Origin: Blastocladiella emersonii ATCC 22665
Taxonomy: Eukaryota > Fungi > Blastocladiomycota
NCBI GenBank assembly: GCA_025594325.1
Contig: JANHCV010000013.1
Location: forward strand, 496,001 to 560,000
Reading direction: 5' to 3'
Length of the DNA stretch: 64,000 nt
Shown here: in pieces, positions 35,134-48,243 of the stretch
How the letters are laid out: every line of letters begins with the position of its first letter
Numbering within the stretch: position 1 is the stretch's first letter
The notes under the pieces: model-generated
Database searches by the model: none
What the model was told of the DNA's origin: nothing
Seen by the model: the letters and a program-made list of their open reading frames with translations, nothing else
Made by a program: the position numbers and the translations under genes

Positions 35134-37393
35134 TCACTCAGCATTAAACAATGAACCATTGAGGCGCCGCTCGAGCACAGCCAACGCGTGATCAAAGGCA
35201 GAATCATTAGTTGCGACCGGCGCGAGGCGCTTGAGGGAACAAATCAGGCTCGCTCGGTCATCGCGTGTGAACGTGAGCTCGGCAAGCTCATAGATCGAGG
35301 CCACACCACCATCAAAGATGGCCGCAGGCAGGAGGCCGACTAAGCCGTTTACGACTCCCCGGTTCCGCTTCAAGAATTGAAACATGGAGCGGGGGTCGGC
35401 TCGAGCGATCGCAGCGAGAGTGTTGGCAAATGGGCTGTCACTGCCTGAGGACTTGGCGCAGCATGTGTTGCTGAGTTCGTGCTTTGAAGCGTCGTCCAAG
35501 GACCGAGTAAGGATGCCCGCGGCATGGTTTTTTGTTGGGAAAAACTTGTTGTCGTACTCGTTGAGAGCAGTCGGAAAGCGGGCAAGGAGTGCGCCAAGTG
35601 CGTCACGCCACGGTTGCTGGTACGAAAGCGGGCATTTCTCGCAGATTTCGAGCCCAGGCGCGTAGTCCGTGCACGGCTCGTGGTCTTCGAGGGCAGCCCA
35701 AAGCATAGCGCCAAGAAAATACGGGGCTGTGCTGGTCGCGGCCAGGACGTCAAGTGCCTGAGCGCGCGTCGAAGGAGCAGCAAGTGTAACAACGGCGATC
35801 CATGAGGTCCATTTCGGAGGGACGGAACTCAAGTTGACCGTCTCGGCGCCAAGCAAGCCAATGGTCCTGCACACGATCGTCATGATATCAAGCAGATCCG
35901 CAATAAGATCCCAATCAAGCAGGCTGACAAGCGAGCTGGAGACGTTAATGCTGGCTGCGAGGATCTCTACGAATCGAGGCATCATGTCACGCGCGCTGGT
36001 TTGCCGAGCAAGCTTCACCATGCTCTGTACAGCAGCATTCGTATGCGAGAGTCGAAACGCTAGCGAGGGCACCGCACAGTGAGTGTCAGAAAGAATGAGC
36101 CGCAAGTAAGCAACTTCCGCGGACCGTACCTTCAACGAGGACGTCATCCCACAACGCAGTTTCGACCCGAGCACGCGCAAAACTCGCTCCCCAATCCAGC
36201 TCCATGTTGTGGATCGAGTTGAAGAATGAAGTGACAATGACATCGGCCCAATTCTGAACTGACATCTCAAATGCTCCGTGATCGACAAGTGCCGCAAGCT
36301 CGGACTCGGAAACAAACCCAAGCAAGAGCATCTTCCGAATGTTCAGAAAAAGTGCCTGTTTTTGCCGGCCGGTGTGGTTCTCAAGCATCTTTGTTGGGTA
36401 TTGGATGAGAATGCGCGAGAGGGCCTTTGGCCCAAGGAAGGCGACAATATTTGCCAAGGAGCGATCTTGGTTCGAGCTACTGTTCCAGCCGTTGCCAAGA
36501 AGCCAATCAAGGACGCGAGTCGCGCTGGCCCGCCGATTCACGACTTTGATTGCATCACCCGCGTCAGGAAATCCAATGCGCGCGATCCTGAGACGAGCCG
36601 CGTTTGCCGCTGGGTTGAGCGACGCGAAAGCAACCGCCGAGTTCAAGCTGCGACCAAGCTTAAGAATAGGCTGCAGGAGCTCGTCTTGCATGCGAAGAAT
36701 TGCAAAGGCGCAGAGGCAGTTGGTCAGATCAAGTGAGGACCGACCCAGCGCTTCGAGATCTTGTTCTGACAATCGCAAATCGCTTTTCACAGAGGGTGAG
36801 AGCAAATCCAACCACTTGCAAAAGGGAAGCGTGAGCTCATGTAGCCCAGGGGCCATATTGAGCAAGTCGTCGACCAAGGCGTTAAAGAGCGTTGGGCGCC
36901 CTGTTGCAACGGCTTCGAGAAGGACAATCAAGAGAGGTGCGAGCGGCTCTCGAAGGGCGCGGAACGTCCGAAAGTTGGTTGACGTGTCGTAGCCTCGCGT
37001 AGTCATAAATACCAACAGCTGCTCGGCGGACTTGCCAGAAATAAACGCCGCAAGTCGATCTCCGCCAAAACACGACACAAATGAACGGAGCAGGGCATCC
37101 CGCTTGAGTGACGGTGTCTGGACCAAGGGTAGTGCTGTATAGGATGCGAGCAGTCGTGCCCGGCCAGTTAACCTCAATCTGTAGAGGTGCGGAAGGACAT
37201 TGGGAAGCGTCCATAGGACGAGAGCTCGCGGCCCCCGAACAGCCGTCGTGAGAAGGCTCGAAGAAGCCGGGACGACGTGTCGGGCACAACAAAGCTGCAC
37301 GACAAGTTCGAGAACTGGCAAAGACAGCTCTGCGAGCCCGAGAGGTGCTTGGCGAACACGTTGCATGGAGTTATTTGCTTGCATTTGCTTCAT
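35134..37393 (-). CDS. Family A copy A4, about 729 aa, 2 exons
   Basis: Exons 37393-36130 and 36059-35134, with intron GTACGG..CTGAC..CTAG giving WDDVLVE-A-FRLSH. Motifs LGLAELSLPVL, CEKCPLSYQQPWRDAL, NTCCA. Confidence 0.82.
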
Positions 37394-38439
37394 GGTTACT
37401 TGCGTCGAGGAGAGCCCGTGAATTCAGCGCGACGGCAGGGGGACTTAGCCCCCCTGGCGACGGTCAAGCTCGAGGCGACCGGCAACGGGGTCAGCTGAGA
37501 TCAGCTGATGCGCGAAGCAAAAGGCGACGCGACCGCGAGCACCAGAACGCCGCGCTTTCTCCACCCCAACGTACTCGATGTCCGCACCCTGAAACCACGG
37601 AAGCGAATGAAATTCGCGATCCCGGAACTTATAGAGCGAGTGCTTGTCTACGCCATGCAGCTGCACAACGATCCGACCGACGTCGCGGGCCTCATGCAGT
37701 CCGCGCGGGTGCTGTGCGAGGCGCTGATTCCCGGCGTCGCGCACGCGATTCTTACACGGTCACCCGAGCTGACCATGGACGCAGCAAGCGCTCGTGGCGC
37801 CGTTGGCGTGATTCAGAAGTGGCGCATGTCCGGCCTGCCACTCTTCTACTCGTTCAATGCCTTCAAGGATGCACACGAATCTTCGCTTGAAACCATCGAG
37901 TGGTGGGGGCGGTCCGGTCTTCCGATCCGTGACCCGAGCTTCCCAAACAGCTCGACCATTGACTTGTTTGATCGATGCTATGGCGTTTCGTTCACGTCCA
38001 TTTTCTTTCCTGGTTACGTACAACGGTGAGCCGGTAACAAAAGCGACGCCCACCCATGCTTATGCAACCTTCGTTCATCTAGACTCCAATCCAGCGACGC
38101 TCTTACGTCCCCAAAGATGTGGTTTGCCAAACGATTTCTAAGGCTATCGTTGGTATCAGCTTTGGCAGCTTGACCAAGGTCGTACTCTACAACCAACATA
38201 TCTCTCTTGCTGCCGTTGACGCACTAAACGACGCCATGGCGAGCCGGGTGCAGGCTCCTCGCTTGTTCAAACTAGTCAGCTGCGCAATTGACCTCCCTCG
38301 CTTCTCGCTGCTCCGATTTCCGCCTTTGCTCACCCACCTCGAGTGCGCTTCTGGATGGAGTTCGCAATGGATTGACGAAGAGCTCTTTGAGTCGTGGTCG
38401 TGGCCACAGTCACTCAAATCCTTCTCCATTTCTGGGCGC

Positions 38440-39486
38440 TGAGAGTTCAGGGATCGTTTGCGACGACGAAGTAGTGCGAGGGGGTGGATCTCGGTCGCCG
38501 TGTATACGAGAAGACGAGAAGACGAGAAGACGGCGCGGCGCGACCACGGAACGTAACCTTCCGCGGCAGAGGCTCCCGATGGTGGCGGCAGCACAAACAC
38601 TAGAGAATAGATCCGCGGCCACGACTGGATCACGACCGCGAACCGACCTGACGCGGCGAAGAGGCAGAAGGTCCAGCACAACGAGGTTCAGATATATGAA
38701 CAGTACGCAAGGGATTTCCACAATTGAGAGGGGAGGGAGAGCGAACACAGCGACGGCAGCGGCGTCAGTGCAGAAGAGACCGAGAATAGGGTATGAAGCG
38801 GGGAGCGCAGGGTGATGACGATCACGGCCAGCGCGACCAGAGAGACGGGCGAGAGAGCGAGGATGGCGGGAAGAGCGGAATGGTAGAGCAGGGCGACAAG
38901 GGACAGGGCACCGCAGTGACGAGCGCAGCGAGACTGGGCGAAGAGCTTGATGTAGACAGACCTGGATCACGACCGCGAACTGACACGACGCGGCGAAGAG
39001 GCAGAAGGTCCAGCACAACGAGGGTGCTGACCAACGCCAGGGCGCGGGCGGCGGCCGGTACTTATCGTGGTCGTGGGCGAGGCGAGGCCGCTGCTGGCGG
39101 AGGCGGGCGAGGGGCGCTGAGCACTGCGGTGCGGCAGCGACGATCGAGTCGAACAGGTTGGGCAGATGATCTTGGGGCACGGCGCGAGCGGGCCGAGCGG
39201 GTTGGGGCACACGGCGCGGGATCATGGGGCGAGAAGCGCGCGAGCACGCGAGTTGAGGGTCGGTACACGGGCGGGGACACAGCGCGTGATGCGCCAAGTG
39301 GCACGGCGGGTGAACACAGCCGAGATGAGGAACACGGGGTAGCGGCGGAACGGGGCCGGAGCGCGCGAGAAGGCGCAATCGGGTGGTCGGCGGCGCCACA
39401 TCACGTGCGATATGCGAGACAGCGTGCGAGACAGAAAAAAGAGAGAGGAGGAAGCGTGTAGACAGGGAGCGAGCCACCCACTCACA
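38440..39486. mobile_element. Probable solo LTR, 1047 bp
   Basis: TG..CA termini with a short imperfect inverted repeat (TGAGAGT/ACTCACA), a 4-bp TSD GCGC (38436-39, 39487-90), no coding capacity, and a related copy at 1077-1513. Confidence 0.75.
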
Positions 39487-40164
39487 GCGCGTATTTGGAG
39501 GATACTTCCCGCTGCTCATTGGGTCCCTCCCCAACAGTCTTGTGTCGCTCTCCATCAACAGGGTCTTTTTCGATTTAGGCCCGAGGCCAAGGTGGTGCCA
39601 TCACTTGATGTCTCCCACGTGTACTTGCCAAACTGTCGCCCAAGGCTTGCGGACTTGGGGATGACGACTTTGGCGTCCTGTTCCCCCACCTTCCTCCTGG
39701 CCTTGTCGCCCTGGATATCAGTGATAATCACCTCACAGCATCGCAACTCAGTGCTAGCTACCACCATTTACCAGCAACGCTTCGTTCACTCAACCTGTGC
39801 AAGAACTCGCTCAGGTTTGCAACCAATAACGAGCTACTTGGTTGGTCATTCCCTTCCGCGCTTGAGCATCTGGAACTCTCATACGCCATTTGGGAGGACC
39901 GTCGCCCGTCATCAGTTCAAGGTCTGCGCATGCTCTCAGCGCTAGAGATTCAAACTCTCATTGCCGACTCGATTCCACCCGACCTGCTTTCCCTCCATTT
40001 TGACCAAGAGTGGGAGGACGGCTTGATGGTCATGGCAGGCCACTTTGCCCCACGCCTTCCTGCCACGCTACGCGAACTCACCTTTGTTGGATCGTCAATG
40101 GGTGCTGCGGGAATGCGTTTCTTCGCCAAGTTTATGCCGCCCCATCTCACGAAGCTTACCCTAA

Positions 40165-43100
40165 GGGCCCGTTTGGTCCACGGCGTTCTGACGATTCAGC
40201 CACGCATTTTCTCATTCTGACGGAACGGGGCTGACGTCAGAACTCGTTCCATCACGTTTTTTTCGGGCCAGTTGCAGGCCGTTCAGGCGCTTCAGGCAAT
40301 CGGTGTCTGTGCATTCCCAGCATGTCTCTGCAGACACGGCCGTGCCTGTACAGACGCGTGCAGCCTGCGCAGCCTGCAAAGCCTGTCAAGCCTGCAAACG
40401 GGCCACTGAGCCTGCAACGCAACCCTCATGGCTGCCACATCCCCGCGCTTCAGGTTCACTCGGAATCAGGATCGAGACATGGGTAGATGAACAAACAGGT
40501 ATATCACATCACAGACACGGCCACGGAGAGGGTGGAGGGGAAGGGTCGGGGAACTTGGCTTGGTGGCCTTGAAGATCGAGTTGGTGAGCGCCGCTGCGCC
40601 GCTGCAGGACGGCGACATGGGCGAGAGCAATGCGCACGTTCTTGGTCGGGTTGTCGCGGGAGCGTGTCAAGCAGTTGCGGGCTGTTCAAGTGGGTCGGGG
40701 AGAGAGGTGTGAGTGAGAGCGACTCAGAGCGACAAGTGGAGAGAAGATGCGTACTGGACGGCTGGATTGTGCGCACATGGGGCCAAGTCGCTTGTCCTGC
40801 CGATCAAGCACTCGAAGTCGGATTCCTACGAGGGGTAAACGGGAGAAGGGGAGAGGGGTCAGTGACGGCAGACATGAGCGAGCAAGCGTGGCAGGGAGAG
40901 CGAACCGTGCGAGGCGAGCGTGGGGCGCTGCACAACAGAAACTTGGCCGAGGGCCAGTCGATGTGGCGAGAGGGCGCGGTGGGGAAGACGTTGAGAAACG
41001 AGGAGGGAGGTGGGGTGATGAGGTACTTGAAGCCCAAGCGCTACGAGGGGAGAGCGGGAGAATGGGATCGAGGTCAGTCACGGCTGGATTGCGCGAGCAA
41101 GTATGATGGGGAGAGCGAACCGTGTGGGGCGGAAACCTTGCCGAAGCCCAGTCGGTGTGGCGAGAGGGCGCGATGGAGAAGACGCCGAGCGACGAGGGAG
41201 GGAGGTAGGGCGCTTGGTCGAGATGCAGGCGCCGCGGAATGCGTGGTACTACATGAGTCTGAACGGGTCAGCATGTCTCGCTCTGGGCCGGAGCACGACG
41301 CGCGAGTGAAGGAGCGGATAGTGGATCAGGAGGAGCGGGGAGGGCGTGTGGAGGGGACGTGGAGCGCGGGGAAGGCTGAGTTGGCGACACGGCGAGGCGC
41401 CGCGACGCAAGCGGCGCGGTGGGAGCAGGTGACCGTTGCGAGCAATCCCTCGGGCAGCGGGGGCGGCAGGGCGACACGATCGAGAGGTGGGCGAGGAAGG
41501 GCGGCGGGTACGGTGGGCTGCGGCCACGGCGAGCGCGAGCGCGAGAGCCGGCGTACAGGAGGCGTGCGAGGGAGCGAGGCGCCAACTAGCGCTGGGCCGC
41601 GAGGCGGGCAGCGCTGCGAGCGTTCGTGGGCATGTTGTTGGTGCGTAGGGTTCGAGCAGCAGACCGGGCGAGCGTTGCGAGCGAGTTGGCGGAGCGGGAG
41701 CGGCGCGGCGGCGATCGCTTTTTGTGCGGTGGCTGGGCGGCTTGCCTGCCGCCGCGATCGGCGAAAGGCGGGGGCCACAAAACGTGACGCGGCTGCCATT
41801 CAGAGCAGCACCTCGCCCTGTGCTTTTCTGGACTTCGCGCCGGCGCGCTCGCGCGACCAGTCGCCGCTCCCCATGCTCGCCCAACTCACCCGACCTGGCG
41901 CACTTCGAGGACGTCTTCTCCGCCCGGTCCCGTGCGGGAACTCCTCCCGCCGCCGCCCGCCGCTGATCGCTGTCGCCGCGGCGCACACACGCCCGCTCCG
42001 CGACTGTCTCCGCTTCACCCGCGCGCGTTCTGCGGCCGCCGCGGCTCGCCCGCCGATCGGACAGGCGCAGGACGTGCGCCGCGTTCGTGCCCGTGTTCCG
42101 GGTGGGAAGACGGGCGGCCGCGTCGCTCTTGCGCGCGACAGTGTGCCCCTTGACCGCGTTCGACCGCGACAGCCTGCGGCATCGTCAGCAACGACAGATG
42201 CGCCTCAGCAGCGACTTCGTGATCTCACACGGGCCGTTCGAGAGCAGGTGCACCGCGGCCCGCGAAGGCCGCACTTGAGGCGAAGAGCAGGGGCACATCG
42301 GGTTCGCTTCAACCGCCGCGGCCGCGACTACACCGCGGCCAAGCGCTTCGCCTCTCGCAAGACTCGGCGCAACCAGCCCGTCACCTTCACAGCACGCCTT
42401 GCTCGCTCTCTTCCAAAGATCGGGAGCGCGGGTGCGGGCGACTCGGCGGCAGCCTCACCCAGAGTGCTATCCATGAAGTTGCGTTGGCGGGCGAGCGCGT
42501 CCAACTCGACGACGCCGCCCCGCGCGAGGTCGCTCACTCGTTGCTAGCACGGCGGTGCCGTCCGCCTCGCTGGGTTTCGCGCAGGTGCACGGCCAGCTGA
42601 CGGGCTCAAACATCCGTGTCGAGTCGCTGCATCGTAATACATCGGGTTGCGGGGAGTGTCATCGTTTTTAAGTGCGAGGGGGACATTTTAGTGAAGAGTT
42701 TGGTCGCTGCGGGAGAGCGGGGATGCTGCCGGCGGGCCGCTGCAAGCTGGCGGGGTGGTCTGCGGCGTCTGCAGGGCCTGCGAGTGTCTGCGGTGGCCTG
42801 CAAACGGGTGGGGAGTGGCTGCATCTGGGCCCGAGTGGCTATCCGCGGTGAGCAAGTTTCGTGATGTCTGAGGCTGAGTGAATGTTTGGTCCATTCTCGC
42901 GTGGCTGACCGGTTCTGCTCATTTTCGCCTGAACCGTTCGGGACCTCCGGAGGTCCCGAACGACGCTCAGAACCGTTCTGTCGCTCACTTCTCCCCTCAA
43001 TACCTGCTTCCCCTCGTGCCAAAAAAGTATACTCGCCCCACCAGCGGGTTCCTCAACGGTTGCTGTGCCTCAAAGCAGTCCCTGAAAGAAAATGCGAGGT

Positions 43101-43901
43101 GCCCTCGCGTTTGTATGAGAACTGCCGTGCATAAGCTTCTACTCCGTCGCGCTTCTCTCGCTCCCCTTCGTCCGTCAGGCCGCGCACCACTCGTTCGCGC
43201 ACGAAGGAAATGACCAACGTCGAGATACATCGTTCGCTACGTTTCCTTTCGAGGCGGAGCGCGCGCCATGGCCCTCAGCAGCTGATTGATGGCACGCCTG
43301 ATGCGTCTCCCAAGCTCAAGAAAGTTAGCGTCCCTGGCGACGACAGTGCGCTCTAACATGCGTAGAAGACGCATATCATTGTTGAGTCCGTCGCAAGTGA
43401 AAGAAAGACCTTCTGCTCCCCGCGCGATGTTGCAAGTGCTGAGAGACGTTGAGTGAAACTGCTGACCGCGTCGCGTCGTTCATGCGAGCACTGACCACGA
43501 AACGGCCACGTACACCCTCAAGACCTCGTATAGCTAGTCCTCAACGTAGTTAAAAGGTTAATCTAGGAGCGCACGAGTCCATCCTGGCGAGGAGGTGGAG
43601 AATAGGAGCGAGACCTAGCGCAAGGACCGTGTCTGAGTGGAACGCGCTCCATTCGCTGATGCGAGTGCTGATGGTGACGAACAACGAGTGTATGAAGGTG
43701 AGCAATGGTTACTGAGGCAGTGTGCAGCTCGAGCGCGCTTTCGTCGGGTCGCAGCGAGCGTTCTCAGCGAGTGTGAGAATGAAATGAGGCGATGATGTTT
43801 GGGTCACGGTTCTGAGCAGGACGGGCTGGAGCGGAATGAGGTCATTCTCACGGTTCTGTTCTGACGTGGCGTTCTGACGCGATTTTGGACCAAACGGGCC
43901 C
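40165..43901. mobile_element. PIF/Harbinger-superfamily element, 3737 bp, apparently non-autonomous
   Basis: 16-bp TIR GGGCCCGTTTGGTCCA, TAA TSD (40162-64, 43902-04) and multiple subterminal GTTCTGAC motifs. No DDE transposase motif recognised inside. Confidence 0.9.
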
Positions 43902-44616
43902 TAAGTCAAGCCGAACTCACATATGAAGCCGCTTGTATCCTTGGCCCCGCGTTGCCGCAGACACTCAAACAATTGTGCATTCACTCGAACCCGCTGACTG
44001 ACAAAGGTGCCGAGCTTCTTGCCACATACCTTCCAGATGACCTTGATGCGATTTATGCCGATGACCTTGACACGACTGAGGTTGGTGATGATTTTCTACG
44101 CGCCAAGGTCAAGCCTGGAGGGTATTTCGAAGGGGGATGGCGCGACAATGTTGATCTTGAACTTGAATAATATGCTGTGATTTTGAACGTCGTCGCTCGA
44201 TCTGGAATGAGACTTGTAGGGCGGCCGTCTGGGAGGCGGGCTTCTTGCGCGACCGCCAGCCATCGGGTCTCTCGCACCCCACCGACCTTGCCGGTGTGAT
44301 TTTCGCTTTGAGAGCTATTGGGACGTCAGTCGAACTCATGCGGATGCGTTACAGAAACAACGAGACTATTCAGTCTTCTCAAGGCCCAAGTTTCGCGCCA
44401 ACAGCACGGAAGCGGATCACTTCACCGCTCCCCAAGCAAGTCCTCGTGTTTTTCTTCCAAGGTGTATGAAGTTGCACGGCTCACGTAGGGGCGCACTCTC
44501 GAGAAAGCGAAGAACGGCTACGCGATGCGCCACAGCACGTGCGCTCGTGACCAGTCGCTCTCACACTTGACGGTCATGCGCGCCAGCCTCGCTCCTCCAC
44601 CTTGCTCCGCACCACC

Positions 44617-47219
44617 ATGCAAACCGATAAAGCGACTCCATGCAATGGGGATTCGAGTTCGGACTCGCTCCATCTTGCTGATTTGCCGGCCGAACTCGTT
44701 GGTCATCTCCTGCGCCTGGCGGTGCCTCGAACCGCCATCCCGCTCGCGACGGGTGGCTTTGCCGAGATTGCGGCTGAATCCGACACCCAGTGGGTCTGGC
44801 GGTGCACCTGCATGCTCCGGCCTGATCTATGCGGCTGGGGCGAGCTACATTTGTGCGACGAGGACGATTGCCCCTGCGGCGAGCACAGCTACGGCGGACC
44901 CATCGACCTGCGCGAGGCAATGCCGTTGACGCCGTACCTTTGTCACCTTGCTTGCCACGAGCGGACTGATGCGTGGTTTCGCGAAACGGAGCGGGTCTGC
45001 TGGTATACTTCGGAGGAAGGAGACGTGTTTGACGAGCAGACCGTTACCTGCCTTGTTGCGCTCTTCTCGGACAAGACTCTTCCCGCTCTTTCACCCGATG
45101 CCCTTGCTGAATGGGCAACCAACGTTGACTTGACCTTCGAGGAGAACGGGTACTTTGATCCAGCAGAGCACGCAATCACGCCTCGCTTTTTCGTTCTGCG
45201 CCAGCTCGCCATGGTGTTTGCGGCTCAGGGCCGGATCGAGTCGCTCACGCTCGTACTGGACGCGCTCGCACGCCAGCCCTCCGCATCGCATGACCTGTCT
45301 CTCAGTTCGTGGTCATCTTTGGACATTGACTGGCGATCCCGCAACCAGGTCAACCGGCTGTTCTGGGATACGAATTGGAGTCACGACATCAGGTCGTTCA
45401 AAGACCGACTCAGCCCTCGCTTCTTCTGCTACCTTGCGCTCGTCGCGCTCAAGTGGTGGCGGCCCGAGGTCCTCGAACTTCTTAAACGACCCGAGTACGG
45501 GGTCCGTCGCGACATGTTCGCCCGCTTCCCTATCCACCCCATTGTCGAGCGTTCGTGCGATCCCTCGCTACCCGCCGATCTTATCGTTGCGACGCTTGCC
45601 TGGTTTGCGGGCGATAACGGGGAACACCTCGACCGCGAGGCAGCACCATCGCTTGCAGCCAGTCTTGTCTTCCACGCCAATTCAAACTGCACTGCCCAAG
45701 TCATCCGCCGGTTTGGTGCCCACTCGGACGTGCCGTATCACCACAACTATTACAGCACGAAGCTCGCAGCGGCACTGTTGGACGGGGACGAGGGCGCCTT
45801 GGAAGGGATTCTTGCGACGGGCAGGGTCGGCGACCACTTGACGACCTTGACCGAGCTGATTCACTTTGGTTTGTTGGATTACGGCCAGCTAGCGCGACTT
45901 ATACTCATCGCGATTCGGACCAAGGAAACGGACCCCGATCTTCCGGTCTGTGCGCTCTCTCCAAAGGCTCGTGGTCGAGTCCTTCAAATGGGTATGTCAT
46001 TACCTTGCCTCGTTGTGATCATGGACGTAGACTGACATGATGCCTCACCCCAGCCTTGCACTTTGCGTTGGGCGTAATCAACCACTGCGACGAGCACGAC
46101 AACCCGCTTCCGCCTCAGCTTACTTCAACCAATACCGTTGCGCTTGTGCGCGAGGTCACGGCGATCCTGACCACGGCGATGAAATGGGGTGCTGACATGG
46201 CGCCGCTCCTGCATCAGCCGATTATCATTGCGCTCACCGCCGCGGGAGCTCTGTTCGACGTCATTGCGTTCCTCGATTTTCACGGTCGCGCACACCTCAT
46301 GTTCCAGTCACACGGCCTTTACCCGTGTGCTCCTGCCCATCGATTCCAGGAGAGTCTTGCCCTTGGCACGACTCCCGCACTAGTATCCCTTTTGTGCAAT
46401 CCTCGCACTGCCGCCGACACGATTGCTCAGCTGTCACAGTTGCAGAGCGAGCGCGGCAATCTCCAGGTGGCCCAGTGGTTCTTTTACTTGTTGTTGATTC
46501 CAGAGTCTCGCGGAGCGACTGACTACTGGACCATGGACGAGTACCTCAACTCGCTTCCGCTCAAAGTCTTTTCGAGAGACGTGCTAGACGCTGGAGCTGC
46601 ACGCGCGACCTCGAATGCTGCGGTTACTGAAGCGACGACTTGTGGGCGTTCTCGCTCGGATCGCCTTGGGGCTCGACCTGCCGACCTTCCCGATGCGGCT
46701 TGGCTACCGTGGCAGTATGCAGTCCATACGGTTCTCACCAAAGTCCCTGGCTTTCATCTGTTACGTGGATCGATTCCTGCGCCCGCGCGCGAACCTCTCT
46801 TCTCACACGACGCACTGCACCTCGCCGACGAGCTGCGCCGCGCCGAACGCACTAGCGGCACCCGCGGACCAGGGTCTGACTTGGCGTGGATCATCGAGCA
46901 ACTACACGCCGCGGCTCCGTGCCTGCTCATCAACGAGTACATTCGCGTTAGCGTGACGAGCCCGCGGTGCGTGTGGCGAATGCTTCCGTCACGTTCGCTT
47001 GATGGAATTCGATCGCCTACGTGGGTCCTCGCGGCAGTGTGCGTGGCGCTTGACAGCGCTCGGGGCAACGAGGTGGCTCCATGCGAGCACGTCGCCGAGA
47101 TCTTCGCGGCGGCCACCGTGACCACGGCATCCGTTGAGTTCCTTGAGTCTGTCCGCGATGCGTGCAAATCACGCGGATTAAACGTAGCGCAAGTGGTGCC
47201 CGGTTGCACGAGATCATAA
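44617..47219 (+). CDS. Family A copy A5 (divergent subfamily), about 846 aa, 2 exons
   Basis: Exons 44617-45991 and 46054-47219, with intron GTATGT..CTGAC..CCCCAG giving VLQM-A-LHFAL. Motifs LHLADLPAELVGHLLRL, a Cys-rich insert LCGWGELHLCDEDDCPCG, and WLPWQYAVHTVLTKVP. Confidence 0.82.
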
Positions 47220-48243
47220 TACACTGTTTTTTACCGCGATCACTTACAGGGGCTTTCAAAACACGAGGCTCGAACGCGTTGCGCCACTCACGGGATCGGT
47301 AAGCGAGGCTTTTCGGTCGTGACGCAGCCGACGTCGCTCCGCTTCCGCTCTCCCAGCACGGCTCAGTTTCTGTCCGGATGCCAGCGCCATTTAGATGCAT
47401 TATGCTTGACGGATGCCTTGCTGATGATTTATGACTGTGAAAGCGACTCCCGACGGTCACATTGCCGAACCCCGCGGGCCAACTTTAATGAGCTGCACCG
47501 CGGCTGAGACCCGCTTCTTCAAAGGCAAATGATGCCTGCTTTGAGCTTCAAGCGCTGTGTCAATGATGCGCTTTGCAAGTTCAGTCCATGCACGACGGGA
47601 CGTACAGCTGGTTGTGGCCGCCAGCACAAACACAAAGCCGCGTTCGCACCACAACGCTCGAGTCGCCGCGCAGCCACGTCCACGCTCGACGATCTGGTGA
47701 GCAAGATCATTATAATTTCGCACACAACACTTCCTGTCCGCGGGCCGAGCCCATGCGCGCCTCGAGGCTTACAGACGCGCGGTTGCGAACGGTACGCCGA
47801 CAGGCGCGGTTCCATCATAGTCTGAGTTCATTCTTGTCGCTAACACGGCCATAGTGTCCCTCAAGTGATTGTCTCGCGCTCACATGCGGCTTTGATTCTC
47901 CAGCAAACACGTTGACGCCACAAATCATTCTTGCGCCCTCTACACATGGTCCTAATGCGCTCATCGGGCTTGCACGAGCTCTTTACTGGGTGGTAGCTTG
48001 GCAGCCCGCCAAGCGGATTGGGTCTCGCCAACCTTCCCGTACCGCGCTGCTGGGCCGCACTCGCGCGAGTTCCGTGAAAAGACCGCGCCGCTCGCGCGGC
48101 TGTGGCCCTCGATGCAATAAGCGCACAGCGCTGATGTTTGGAGGCTGCGTGAGGCTCAAGCACATCGGCTGTCACGCTCGCGGGTCGGTGTGACTGAAAC
48201 TCGAGAGCATAAATCAAGTAATTTTTTGGCTTATCCGCTTAGC

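Larger units (their letters stand above)
37607..44170 (+). pseudogene. Family D copy D2 (ankyrin-like + LRR), split by two transposon insertions
   Basis: Start 37607, intron 38018-38082. Removing 38440-39490 restores ISGR-VFGGYF in frame, and removing 40165-43904 restores LTKLTL-SQAELTYEAACILGPALPQTLK in frame. There is also a frameshift near 39600. Confidence 0.85.

Noticed and set aside
40487-42547. 686-aa ORF and other long Arg/Ala/Pro-rich ORFs (for example 16024-17595, 25491-26861, 61558-62634)
   Set aside because: Low-complexity frames expected in GC-rich DNA, or shadows of real genes; no recognisable motifs.
47457-47723. Isolated protein-like fragments (also 15109-15372 and 56909-57139)
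   Set aside because: Short, with no supported start, splice structure or family; possibly relics.
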